A stretch of 64,000 nt of DNA from the NCBI GenBank assembly GCA_964035545.1, contig OZ037768.1:13773675-13837674 (forward strand). The letters run 5' to 3'. The position numbers and the translations under genes are program-made. Below are positions 1-14,200 of this stretch, piece after piece (within the stretch, counting starts at the first letter, position 1; each line of letters opens with the position of its first letter). The notes beneath the pieces are model-generated. The model ran no database searches. It was given only the letters and a program-made list of their open reading frames with translations, and was not told the DNA's origin. Source of the DNA: Bugula neritina (Eukaryota; Animalia; Bryozoa).

Positions 1-147
1 CACACACACATATACACATGGACACAAACACACACATCAACACACACACACACCAACACACATACCAACACAAGCACACATACACACAAACACACACAGA
101 CAAACAGACACACACTAACACATGCAAACACATGCAAACGCACGCAA
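1..147. repeat. Degenerate (CA)n microsatellite
   Basis: Interrupted CACACA tract at the window start, intronic to twitchin. Confidence 0.9.
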
Positions 148-444
148 CTAAATTCTCATAGATGAAACTTTAATGTAAGAAAGTGCTGATGTACCAAAGA
201 GTAATACAATATAACATTGTAGGGGATAGGGAACCCTCTGTTGAAAAGGTAATCCTTAACACTGGGAATCACAGCCTTGCTAGTCTATTGGCAGCTACTA
301 TTTTTATTTGAATATTTTCACCATTAACATGCATGCCGTTTGTACCATAACACGAGGGTATATTATGGCATTATGGTGACTCCATGTAATGTTCTGTTTA
401 CGCAAGTATGTCTGTTATGGTGACCCTTAAAAGTATTTTCAAAG

Positions 445-2250
445 CTGACGACAGTGTAAGCTCTAGCCGAAGCAACAGCGTAACCAGCGTTGACATCTTG
501 GAACAAGTAACTGCTCAACGTAAAGTTTCATATGAAATAGTGCGAAGTGCACTGAGAAAAACCAGCCTAGGTTCTGCGGTATGAGATTACAGCAGTAGTA
601 GACTGTTGGCTGAATAGGGTAGATGTCCCTGCTGTAGTTGTAGCCGCTCCTTGGTTATGAACTGACATGGTTAAAAATTTTAGCTGGTGCCTCCATCTTT
701 CAATTCTTCTAATTCTCGATGACCCTTTCCTGTCAATTTGAAAAAACTTAGTTCACCCTTTTTAAAAATAAAGTGTGAGTTTTTGGTACAGTGTCCATGT
801 GCATGTGGTGAAGCATGTGAGTTTTATTTTCTCTGTTGAAACTATTGTCATGCATTGATGTACACTACAAAACTAGACATTTGGACCAGTTTCAGTTTTT
901 GATGTGCTATATGACTATGTATGAATTTTATTCCTTATAGAAAGCAATTTTTTAGTCTGACTATAAACGGTGCTTTATAGAAGTTTGTTTGTATATCTCA
1001 TCAATAGAGTCTGCCTGGAAGTGGTCGAAATAGTGGTCGAAATAGTCGACGAGGCTCTAGTGTTACTGAAATAGAGCTGCCTGCTTTACGTAAAGTCAGC
1101 ACGGAGAATATGGTAAATTTACTATGTGCTTCAGGGCAATGCTGAGTGAATTGGAATTAATGTCTGTTTTTTTCTATTTTATTAAATTGATTTAATCAGT
1201 GTATTTATATTTAATATTTTGAACCTTTTTAGAGTGTTAGTAAACTTTCTAGAACAAAAACTTTGCTCATTTTGCAAAAATGTATGCAGCTTATGATTCT
1301 AGACTGATTATTCCATATCTTGGTAGACATATTAATTGATACTATAATATTTTCTGTATACACAACCTATTCTCTGTAAGTCTTTAAGCATGTTTATTTA
1401 AAATAGTTTTTTACCACAGTATAAAATATAATAAAAACATCAGATTAAGAATCAACATGTATATGAGATTAACCAGTCAATTAGTCTGTAATTTCTGATG
1501 CAATCAATTTGGTAAAGTTTAGAATGTACTGTTTGATAAAAATATAATGTATGCTACATAAGGAATTAACATTGAAAAACTGAAAGTATATTGCGCTGAG
1601 AAAACTGCTACCATTATAAGAGACGATTAGAGAACTGTTTGTAAAAACTCGACATTTATAATGTTAATGAATTTTGTTTTTCTAATTATCTTTTTGTCTG
1701 TTAAAATTTGTGCTCAAACCAAAACAACTGAGCTAAATCAAGTTTTAAAAGTTAAAGCTAAACCATAGCAGTGTGTGTTTCAAAATACAGTAGTAAAATC
1801 AGGCATAAAAAATAAAAGTTTGAGTGCCGATTTTCTTTTAGTTTTTACATGCAAGAATTTGGAGAAAATATTTAACATCATGCAAATTTAGTTGTGTTCT
1901 TTATTGAGTTATGTATTAGTTTACTTTAAATATTTAGTATAGAAACAAGGTCTAAATCTATTAATGCAATTGATTATTCAGTGACAGGAAAAACTTAAAT
2001 GCTGTCATGTTTTAGCTGGATCCCTCTAAACTACACAACCAAGAAAGGAGATCCTCATTGGCTGATGTAAGAATCTACTAGTTTCTGAAATTAACTCTAG
2101 GAATTTTATTGCAAGCAGATAAACTTGAGATATTACTGTTAGAAATATTTACATCTTCACCAAAAATTACTAAAAATTTGTTAAAAGCTCTGTACTACTT
2201 GGGGTAATGCCAACTTGTAGGTGATTCCTGATTGGCCAACACTGCAGCAT
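445..2250 (+). CDS. Twitchin phospho-regulatory linker (DX/D1-like region) encoded by small exons 445-578, 1008-1112, 2016-2066 and the start of 2221
   Basis: Translations: DDSVSSSRSNSVTSVDILEQVTAQRKVSYEIVRSALRKTSLGSA | SLPGSGRNSGRNSRRGSSVTEIELPALRKVSTENM | LDPSKLHNQERRSSLAD | VIPDWPTLQHR. All three joins are phase 0 with AG/GT borders. The first three exons are too short for the ORF track. Confidence 0.8.
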
Positions 2251-5200
2251 AGAGAAAAGAAGCAGGAGGCTGTTCCAGTGTATATTGTTCCTTTAGAAGA
2301 CATCAATGCTAAAGAGGAAGAAGGCCCAGTTACTTTGGAAGCTGAGTTTTCTATACCCAACCCAAGGAAAGTTCGCTGGTTTAAAAACAAGCTTGAGATA
2401 TTTCTTGGTAACAATATTCATATAGAGCATGTTGATTGCATGCACCGGCTAACCATCAAAAAGCTCTCACAAAAAGATGGAGGCAAATACACACTGTCCT
2501 GCGATGACATAAAGACATCTGCCTGGCTGAACATTACTGGTATACCAAACATAAACCCATTAATTATGTTATTTAGAGGCAACGTTGTAGGAATGCTGAT
2601 ATGTCAACATTTGAACATATTGAAAGTAACTAACCATATAATTTTTTATACAAAATAGTAAAATCAAACACATGTAGTTAATTTAGAATTTTAATGAGGT
2701 TCATGTAACTTTTTTTAAATAGCAGCAACTATAAACAAATTATGTCTTATGTATTTTCTATTTTAATTTTTTTTAGAAAAAAAGAAGGAATTCAAGTTTA
2801 CAACTCCTCTACCAAAAAAGTATTCATCAGAAGTTGGTAAAGATGTACAGTTGGAAACTTTCATAAATGACAAAAGTGCTGCTGTTGTATGGAAGTTGAA
2901 TGGCAAACCAATCACGGTGAGTAAAACACTTTTACTGCACATTTTATGTACGTTTGGTTTATGAGCTTTCAGAACTATTTAATGCTGGATTCGTACGACT
3001 CATTAATTTCTTGCAGCGTTTATCTGGTAAGATAAGCATCTCTCAGAGGGAAAATAGGCACATACTAAAACTGACCAATGTGACCCCAGAGATGGCTGGT
3101 CTAATCACCTGTGAGACTGATGGAGACTCTACATCCTGTGAGGTTGAGGTGAAAGGTGAGTGTGCTACAGAATATCTATGTTGTAAATGTTGTTTTGGAA
3201 AAAACAATAGTATTCTATTCTTCCTGCTAGAGCACTAAATTTGGCATTGCTATAATCTTTATAACATTTTCCTAGTTTGGACTCCCATTTTAATCAATGG
3301 CGAATATAACTCTTTAGAGTTCCCATTGCTAAAATTGATTTAGTTTTCAGTTTGCATTAGTGTTTTGTGATATGTAGTATTGTTTGCTATGTATAAAAAG
3401 CTATGTAACTTAATAAATTGGTTTTAATGTTTTAGAGCCAGACTATAGTTTTGTGGATGTTCTAAAAGATACTGATGTATTGGAAAGCAACACTGGAGAG
3501 TTGGTTTGCCTCGTTAGTCATGAATGTGCGCCTGTGAGTATCTGTGTACTGTGTCGGAATATAATTTCGTGTACATGATCATACAATTTTAGTGATCACC
3601 TGCTATAAATACAAACTGTATGCAATGTTTTGTTATACTATTCTTGTTTCATGCCACTTTTTCAATAGAGTGTGGTATTTATACATTTATATCTTTGAAA
3701 ACAGTCATAAGATATAGATATTTAATTATTAATATTTGTACAGTACATAATATAACATGATATGTTGTACCATATGTACCAGAATCCTTGCAGCAGAAGC
3801 TCACATGCATAATATACATATTACAATCTGTTTTTTGTTATAGAACATTAATTTGAGCTATCATACATGCTGTGCTGATGTATTTGACTAGTTTGATTAA
3901 GCTATAATTCTATTTTGCTCAAAAGTCTTGAGATTTACAGTTTTTGTATTGGTAAAATACCTAAGAGATGCTGAATTGCTCTAGCACAAAAATATATTTA
4001 CTATAAAAACAATAGTTGTACTGTTTTATTCATGAGAGTGTTGTAATTGCATCTCGTCTATAATTTTATCATTTTTTTGGTGTATACATATTATATTAGG
4101 TAATAAAAGTTTCAATTGTTATGTTATTATTTTATCTACAGGTTAAATGGTTCAAAGGCCCTACTGAAGAACAGCTGGTAGAAATTAAAGAGGGTAATGG
4201 AGAAAAATATCAGCTTATATCCAATAAGCTGCATAGAAGTGTGAAAATACACAAAACTGTAGAAGAGGACAAAGGAAGATATTGGTGTCAGGTTGGGAAG
4301 ATGAAATGTTCAGCCCAGTATAACGTTATCCGTAAGTAGTAACCAGGTGCTGAGTGCAGTATGTGTGTATGTCATTGACTAACAGTTCTCAGTTTAACAA
4401 TTCAACGACAACACTTAAGGCTATCTCTGAAACTATGGAAATAAAAATGTGTTCAATACTTACAGCTGAAGTGAGATTTATTGAGCACTTGGCGACTAAA
4501 CACGCTTTAGAGAAAAGGAAGACAACCCTTGAAACACTGGTGGAAAACCCCCATAACAAGCCAGTAACATGGTATAAAGATGGGAAAGAGATAAAATCAA
4601 ATGACAGGTAATGAAAGTAATATAAAATATACGCCACTAAATAACGATATGTGATTTTATTAGAACTTGTACTTTGAGGTAAATGCATTTGTTTGACCAG
4701 TATAAGTCGTAAGAATCAACATTAGCAATGTAACTAATTTATTTAACTAAAGTTGAAATACACAGCTAGTTGCTTCCTGCTTGTGTACATCAGTGCCAAC
4801 TTTTTTATTTATAAAAGCGCATTTGGGGTCATTTACGATTTGCAATATCCAATTTACTATACCTCTTGAAATTTTAGAATGTTGCATATAGTTATGTTGC
4901 ATTTTGTTTTATGACAAATTTAATGCTGTTAGAGTCCAGATTGTGAGAAGAAATGATGGGTAATATATATTCACTAGTAACTAAGTATATCCACACATGC
5001 AATAGTGTAGCATTATTCATTCACTGCAGCCTTTACTGTACCATGCCTGCACCTATGTTATATTATTTCACACCATTAGTTCACTGTAGTACACAGTATT
5101 GTCTCCTTTTAGTTCACGTTTGCCATTTGACTTAGCATTCTATACTCTATTAGTTTCATATGCTTTGCTTTCTGCACTGCTGATGAAAATGTGGTGCAGT

Positions 5201-8200
5201 AAAACCAGTAAAATGCAGTATTCCCAATAATCTGCTTTATTCCTCATCTAACCTCCTCCACCCTTATAGTAATAGCTCTGCTTAGCAACAATATACAGCT
5301 TGCTGGCCACAGTCTACTCTTTCTACTTTGTAAAACATATTTTGGCCAATCAAAGTTTTCTGATTGTTTTCTAATTCTCAAATTTGCATTATGTGAATCA
5401 TAATGGTGGATGTAGTACATGTTGTAGTGATCTAACCATGTGAATGGAGCTGTAAGCTTATGTATGTCAAAGTTTTGAGATTTTATAACACTTTTCTGTA
5501 TTAATTTACTGATCAAACTGAAAAAAGACTGATGGCTAGCTAACATACTCTTGTTAACAGTGGTTGTTGCATTGCAGGTGTATTCATGAAAGCAATATAC
5601 CTGCAAATGATGTGTGTATATTATATGAATTGCATCCTTTTATTTTTAGTTCATACATTTTTTCTTATGTAATGACATATTTAAATATAATGTTATACAG
5701 TGCAAAAGGTACTGGACAGATGAGTCGAGGCCAGTATATGGCTGCACTCATGTCTGGTGCTATTAGGGCACCGAAGTGAGTACATCAGTAGATGCAGTGC
5801 CGCATGCGGTTATAAATACCACATAAAAATATGTTTTACCTTTGGTAGAAGTCATTGGTAAATATACCGACACTAAAAATGAATAACAAATGGCTTCAGT
5901 GATTTGTCAAATAAAAACTTGACCAGCCCTTACCTATACTGATCTATTTAAACGTATCACTAACACTCATTATTGAAATTAATATGTCACGTGGTGTCCG
6001 GTGAGAACAAATTGTGGGTTCCATTAATTCAAAACACTAATACAAATATTCTGCAATGCACTGCCTACAGATGCAGTTGTATACAGCTGTATGCTAGTGT
6101 GTATAAATAGTTCTGTTGATTTTGTTGATATTTTGGTAAGTACTTTTATTCTATGTATAGAATTCATCTATTCGCTATGTTCAGGTATCACACAGTTTCA
6201 GAGAAGTTGGATCATGAGAGTCGTATTGACAAATGCTTATTGATTATTGATCCTACAGAGATCTCTGATGCTGCTAAGTACACCTGTAAAGTTGGTGATA
6301 AATCAACTAGTGCAGACCTCATTGTGGATGAAGGTACGCAACAGGACTTGATTACCAAATAATCATTGTTCAGTTTTATGCATTGTCAAATCCGCTTGGA
6401 TAATTATTTATTATGTGCTATTAACCACTTTAAATGATGTTATTTGTTGACGCCTTGCAAACTAAAAAACATTATATATTTTGCATGCATTGGCATTCTT
6501 TTAATTTGCTTATGTAATGCTACTTCACATTTTGTTACTCCAGCTAATGCAAAAAATGAGGCAACATTTTCTCAAGCTGAGAAATACCAGCGTGAGAGTC
6601 GCATAGGTATAAACTCAGTAGAGCAGAGCCGTAAGTTAGACATGGGCAAGGGTAAAGTTCCTGATGTAGTTGTAGAGGAATCGCTTGTTAAACTGAAATC
6701 AGTCTCTCAGCTAGAGAGCAGATCAGCCCTTGCGGTGCTCGAAGGTGTGAAATTAGGCTAACCTCTGATAGCCATGCAGTAAATGCAAGATGCTGCATGT
6801 GGGTTAGTGCCAGTAGTTAGTGCACTTCTAGTGTAGTGGTGTTTTACCTTCCATGGATTAGCTGCTACAAGTTGTTAAGGTCCTATTAATAGAACTCAAT
6901 ATTCAGCTATGGTGTTGCCAAAACTGGTTCAAAAAGCAGGCTAGACTAGGCTTAGAGTGAGCAGTTCTGTTGTTGGGAATCTGGTATTAGTATGCAGGGT
7001 TGGTTGAGAAAATAAATATTTTCAGACATTTCATCTTGTGTTTTGATTTCATAAAACTTTGTAAAACTGTGAACTGGCTTAAAGTATGGTTAATGTGTAG
7101 TTAGGTGGTAGAGTACTGGTCAGTGTGTAGTTAGGTGGTAAAGTACTGTTCAGTGTGTAGTTAGGTGGTAAAGTACTGTTCAGTGTGTAGTTAGGTGGTA
7201 AAGTACTGTTCAGTGTGTAGTTAGGTGGTAAAGTACTGTTCAGTGTGTAGTTAGGTGGTAAAGTACTGTTCAGTGTGTAGTTAGGTGGTAAAATACTGTT
7301 CAGTGTGTAGTTAGGTGGTAAAGTACTGTTCAGTGTGTAGTTAGGTGGTAAAGTACTGTTCAGTGTGTAGTTAGGTGGTAAAGTACTAAGGCCTGAACAT
7401 GAACAAACAGGCCTCAGTGATGGGTCTCTACTGTGGGTGGTATTTAAAGCAGCTTGAGTTATTTGGCCGTTGAAACATGCATCTACCATATTTTTCAGAA
7501 ATAAACTAAAATTTATGGGTCATAAGGGCTATGTGCAAGTTATAAATAAATATTAGTAAAGTTGCATGCAAGCTGCTTGTGCTCCGACTTGCTCTGTTGA
7601 CCTGGTTCCGTTCTGCTGTATTTCAACTTCATTCTTTTTTAAAACATTTTTAGCCTTTGATTTTACTGATTAATTTATATAATATGTTGGTGAAACCTTT
7701 AATAATTGCTAACAATATTTTCTAGTTGTACATTTATTATGTTAGTAATAATTCTAATTTTTAGCCGCCAAAGCTCCAATACTCTCTCTTCAAAATCTTC
7801 CAAAGGTTATTCAAGTTAAGGCAGGCCAACCACTGTCTTGCCAGATTCCATTCAGTGGAACAGATCCTAAGATACAATGGGATAAAGATGGTAAAGCTCT
7901 TCAACCAAGATACAAAACATCAAAAGGTATTTTATCTCACTAATCATATCCACAGATTAATATATATGCGTGCGTGCAAACGTGTTGTAGAAATAAAATA
8001 CAAAGAAACCTATTTTGTCCATATATGAATTTGAAATAAATATGAGGTTTCATTTTTTGTTCATAAATTATTCAAAGATTTTTGCCCTAACTTCTAAATT
8101 TAATTGATTTTTGTGTTATAAGTGAACAGAAGAATATAAAAATATTTACACAAACAATTAGTTTTCTATTAGATACATCTTGAAGATTTTTGGAATCTAA

Positions 8201-11200
8201 ATTTGAATTGCCTAGCAATACAAGTTGAGATTTGATTTCTGACATCAATTGACCAATTACACGAAAGAAAGTTCACGGCAACAAGCTTACTAAGTACATT
8301 GCATAACTCCTCTTTCATTGTATATGCATAAAACCTTCTAATTTTTGTTTTTGTTTTTAATAAAAATATAACCCTAATAAATACTTGAACATAAACAGTT
8401 GTTTATTCATGATCGAAGTATTGCCTTAATCAATTGAGCAGTTGCCAGGAATGTAACAAACATATCATTTTACATTGAAAGCTGATTGGCTGTTGTGGCA
8501 GACTATACTTCATTGAATCAGGGTAGTTGAAGTATCATATCTGCGGTCACCTGTTTTATAGCATTATAATATTTGAAATGTGCCGACTGGAATAAGGACA
8601 TGAGCATCAAAACACTGAATTAACTCTTAAAATTAAAATTAAGTTATATTTTGATGCATTGAAAAATTAAGAGGAGAGTAAAGTTGCGCTGTAACTGCGG
8701 AATGACAATGCTGCTTTAGTTATTGAAAATGTTGTCCTTTTTATTAATAGTGCACAAAACACTGTGCTAGTTAGATTCAGGGACTCTTTAAATTAATGAA
8801 GGCAGAAGATCTTTCTACATATAATGTATGGAAGTTGGTTATACCTTTGTCTATCATCAAATAGTTAGATCGGTGATAGTTGGGTTTGACTCCTTACTCA
8901 TACTTTATGAAGAGCATACTAGTTCAGGTATCACTACATCTGTGTTTTGACAGACAAGGACAAGTTGAAACTTGGTGTTGATAAGGCTACAAGAGCTGAC
9001 AGTGGCACGTACCACCTCAAGTTAACTAATGATGCCGGTGAAGCTGACTGTGATGTCATTATCCTGGTTACAGGTAAACTCACAGCAGTACATGTACATG
9101 TCACATTTTAGTAACACAGCTAGAAGCAGTGAAGTCATTACATAACATTCAGCAATTATATTATACTGATGTTGTGCAAATATTTACATAGATGCTAATA
9201 CACATTTTTTCTGCTCTTTTACAAGATATGTTCTAATTTCTTGCTAATCTTTTGCTTTTATTTTGGCTAACTTCCATCATAAACCTGGCTTTAGCATTGT
9301 GTTTGACTAGCACACGCCCTAAATAACTTATCTTATCCTGTTCTACAGATGTACCAGGAAAGCCACAAAATGTAGAGCCAGTTGAAGTGTGGGCAGATAA
9401 TATACTGATAAAGTGGAAAGAACCAGAAGATGACGGAGGGGTGCCCATTCAACACTACATAGTTGAGTACAAAAATATGACAAAGAGAGGACAATCCTGG
9501 ACTAAAGCTGGTAAGATCGTGCATGCATATCTCTTTTAATTTAATTCAGCTCTAAGCATAATTAAACTAAGGATTTCAATCACCGAGCGAGCGAAGCAAA
9601 TTATCAAGTCAATATTCAACCAACAAGAAAACTTTTTTCATTATAAAAAATTCTTAGTAAATGACATTCCTATTGTTGTGTTATAGGTATAGTAAAGATG
9701 TTATATGTTCCTAAAAGTGCAATGTGAAAAATGAAAAGAACATCTTTCATAGAAAAATTTCTCTTAACTCAAAAATAGTGTGCATTTTCAATAGCAAATG
9801 TTAGGGTTGAAAATGTATTTTATATAATAATGAAACAATCAAACTCCAATTACAATATTTATATTTATGTTTGTATTTTTTTAAGGCCAAACATCTACCA
9901 AGGACTTCAGAGTTAATAAGCTCTTGAAGGACAACAACTATAAGTTTAGAGTGTGTGCAGTAAATAGTGAAGGTCAAGGTCCCTGGGAAGAAGGTGCTGC
10001 TACGGTGCTAGCCAAAGATCCTTATGGTAGGCGCAGTCAGCTCTGGCATATTATAAAACTTGTGATGATTATTCTGGATCTGCAGTCAATATTTTTAGGC
10101 TCACACATTCTTGGTAATCTGGTGCAGTGGTTTTAGATCAAAACAATTGATTTCATAGTTACCATAGTTTAATATGTGAAAGTTTTTAGCAAAATAATTG
10201 TGACTATATACTAAATGTCCTACAAACACATTGTGTATATGTAACACAGAATAATTTAATACATTAATATTCTGTGTTACATATATACAATGTGTTTGTA
10301 GTACACGTAGTATCACAAAGGGAAATATTAGTGTTCCAGTGAAAGAAGTTGAAGTAATAACATTGTCATACATGGAGTTTGTGAATCTGCATGCTTATTA
10401 ATTAAACCATTTTTGGTTCAGATCCACCCAGTGTACCCAGGGATCTCCAGGCTGACTCTGTAGAAGCGACTACCATTGGCTTGAGTTGGCAGGCTCCCAC
10501 CAATGATGGCGGTGCTCCAATAAAACAATACATTATAGAGGCTAAATCTCCTAAGGATGCTGATTGGGCAAAGGTACTGATGAATATTAGTAGTCATTTC
10601 AAGTATATTTACAAGATTGCTGTGTGATAAGCAAGCTGGTGCACTTCTATATATCTGGTAGATGGCAATAATGAGTGAACAGTTTTATTTCATCCTATTA
10701 CTTTATCTAAATGCATGTCAGAGTTTAAATGCTAAAATAAAAGAAACGCACAGCTGAAGAAATTTTGATGGCCTATGTCCCACATAACAAAGCAATAAAA
10801 ATGCTATGCTCTATTGTACTCTTAACTAAGTTTTTTAAAAATAATATGAGAGCTTAGGTTATTAAAATGTTTCTACTGCTGCAGGTAAATGAACATCTGA
10901 TCATAATAAAAAAAATCTGTGAGTTTATTGAAATATACAATTGGTTCATGTTGATCAGATTTTGCCTACAAGTTTGCTAAGGTTGAAATGCTGATCTTGC
11001 TTTTACTACAAGATCCTCATATCGAATTGGTTGACAGCTTATTTATACAGTTATTTCATATAAATGCAAAACTCTCAATAATATAAAAAGGTTTTAAAAT
11101 GCTAGAAACCAAGAATATAGGTTTTCCAGTTTGTTTAATGGATAGACTGTGACACATTTCTAATTACAGGATATTTTAGCAGACAAATGCCCTACCAGTA

Positions 11201-14200
11201 ACTTCTAATTAATTAACCAGTTTTATTTAGTTCTGCTAACTACTAACTAAAGATACTGCTTACATATAAAAGCATTTACTATGTATTAACTACATTGACG
11301 ATAATATATACTATACCCAATAAAATCCTTATTTTAGAAGGCATTTTTTACTTTATTATAACCATATAGTTATATTTAATAACATATAGTATAAATTTTG
11401 TTGTGCATATAACATTTCATAAAAAGATTAACTTGGTAATTTCAAAATTTCATAATTCTCAGGTTGCTGAGTCCACGACTCCCAAAGTTACGGTGAAAGA
11501 CTTAAAAGAGAACAGTGACTACAAGTTTAGAGTCAAAGCAGTTAACAAGGCAGGAGAGTCTAAACCCTTAGAACTCAATGTCCCCATTACGACAAAGGAA
11601 AAACTCTGCAAGCCAAAAATTGATGCTAGACATTGGAGTGACATCATTAAAAAAATTAAACAGCCGTTTGAATTGGAATGTAAATTTAAAGGGGTTCCAG
11701 CACCTTCTATCGAATGGCTGCGAATTGATGATGTAAGTTATTCATCAATACTAAAGTAATTGAGTTATTTTCTTATTCTGTTAAACAATCTATTGTGTAG
11801 TTTCTATTCTATAACAGCATTGCAAATTTTATTTTGTGCAGTCAGGTAATGTACCATCTAACATCTTCAAGAAAGTCAAGGTGTTTTGTTATTAATAGGG
11901 AACAAAGTTTTATGACGGATACTGTATTGAGGTGTGAAGAATTTTTGCTAATATAAGATATCTTGGCAAATTTTAAATGAAAACCTGTAAGATTATCTAA
12001 GACGACGTTTCCTTTACAGAATTCCTTGAACATTAATACATTTTAAAACTTTGAGTGGTTGTCTAATACCAATTTCTTAAAATCATCGATCTTAAAAAAT
12101 ATGTTAAACTAGATTTCTACGAATTGCATATTATTTGCATATTGCATATTATTTTGATGATGTAATAAATACCATTTCATCATCTCAGTTTTATGTTTAC
12201 CAAATATTACACTTTTCAGGTACTTAACAAGTCTAAGACTGTGGTAAATGTTTAACCTGTTTGTCTAGGCCCACACATTGTTTGCTTGTTCACGTTTGCA
12301 TATTTTGCTATAGCTTTACTCTCACTCTTTATGTCTTTGTAAATTATTGTTGGTTCAACTCTTTTCTCCTACTCATAATCTAGCATATCTATACATGTTT
12401 TAATCTCATGTACATTTAGCTTACTAGTTTCAACTAGCTTGTTTTATCTTGAGTGTAGCTTCCTCTATCTTATCCTCAATAAGTTATATACACAAAATTT
12501 TGGGGTTTGTAATTCAGAGAAATTCCCAGTACTATTTTTGCCAGACATCTTGTCCCACAATATACAGCCATCTCATTGAGTTGAAAACTTGTCAGTCAAA
12601 TTTCATAGGAACTCATTCAATAACGATGATTTCAATAGAGAAAAGTTAAAACTAATTTTTATATTAAATTAAAAATTAGTTATAGAATTTAACCTCTTTA
12701 TTAGTTAGTGTACTTCATTTGAGCTTGCATGCCTTCTTCTGAATACCTTATGTACTTTACTCCACGTCTTGCTTCATGCTTTACTCTGTGTTCCAATGTC
12801 CATGTTACAGGAAACATCAAAGATTATGGTAATGAAATAATTTAAGTTGAGATTATTCCCTGTTCTGCATGTTTACCAATAATCTCTTTAACTAACCCAG
12901 CCACATAGCATTGACCATATCAGATTTTTCTGAAAGGAGCACAGTTAATATCATGCTTCGTATTGGACAACCAGTATCTTTCAGTTAACAGTTCACCATA
13001 ACTAATGCATTGAATGAAATCTATCCATTTTGGTCTATTATTAGTTGATTGCACAACTAGTCTGTTACTATTGCAACATACTATATTTTACTAGAGTAGC
13101 TGTGCAGCACAACTGGGGGTTGCTATTGTGCACAAGTTGCTTTACAGTTTTGAAATGGAAATTAGTTGTTATTATCAGGAATAAGAATTGTTGCATCTTA
13201 AAGCATGCTATGTTTTACAGCACAAAGTGATGATAATTATGAGTTATTGTAACTTATGTTATTACATATAATATATCACGAACTAATGGTTATTACCATC
13301 TATTTAGCCTGTTGAACCTGAGTTCATTAGTACTAAGGGGACAACTAATGGCACGACTTCAGTCAAAGTCAAGGTATCTGAAAGGCATCACAAAGGTTGT
13401 TACAAAGTCACAGCTAAGAATGAGTTAGGAGAAGACAGTGCTATGGTAAGCTTTCATTTATTTTTTAGCACAGAATAAATTTTATCAAAAGATTGAGCTA
13501 CCATCAAATGATCGATTAGCAAATAAATTCATGTAGAAGCCATCGAAATCGTTGTCCTTCTACCAGTAAGCTTCGAACATGTGCTTTAAAAAGCTTCACT
13601 ATAGTCTATGTATAAAGAGAGTTGTTGAGCATAATAATGTACCAAATGTAAAAGTTATTATCACTGCTTGTCATTGTTATATAATTATTATGTACATGTG
13701 TTTCAGTGTGATGTTGTGATTCTGGGGCCACCAAGTAAACCTATTGGCCCACTGGAGGTATCAGAGGTAACAGCCAACAGTGCTAAGTTATCCTGGCAGA
13801 AACCTTTAGATGATGGTGGAGATGAAATTCTCAACTATGTGCTCGAAAAATTGAATACAAAAACTGGTGACTGGGAGAAGGTAGGTTTAATGTCATATAT
13901 AGTAACATTCATATTATATACATTTAAATTGTGAACTATTATTACTTAAGATACACAATTTTATGACCGTTATGTTTTTACTAATCAAATATAGCTGATA
14001 GTTGTTTTGTTATGAAATGGTCTTCAATTTCTTGATTAATTTTTCACTTAAGTATATGATGGAATTAATTTTCTTCTAGCACAAGTACAGAGCAGTATAG
14101 TACTGACCCCTTACAGCAGTTTGTAACATGCTGACTGTCATATGATTACGAAGCTGTTGTCTTAAATTTCCTGTTGCATAAGTACCTGTTGATAAACGGT

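Noticed and set aside
7081-7387. CRISPR-like or telomeric appearance of the tandem arrays (also 24114-24533 and 39671-39930)
   Set aside because: Units are contiguous with no unique spacers, the DNA is eukaryotic, and TTAGG occurs only once per unit.
7079-7489. Minus-strand ORF with (NYTLNSTLPP)n, a mucin-like sequon repeat
   Set aside because: It is a by-product of a 30-bp minisatellite whose unit is a multiple of 3; there is no signal peptide or gene context.
11842-11845. 4-nt micro-exon (ag|TCAG|gt); also a 7-nt candidate at 25609-25615 and an AG|GT site at 25812
   Set aside because: They are not frame-preserving or are indistinguishable from chance without RNA data.
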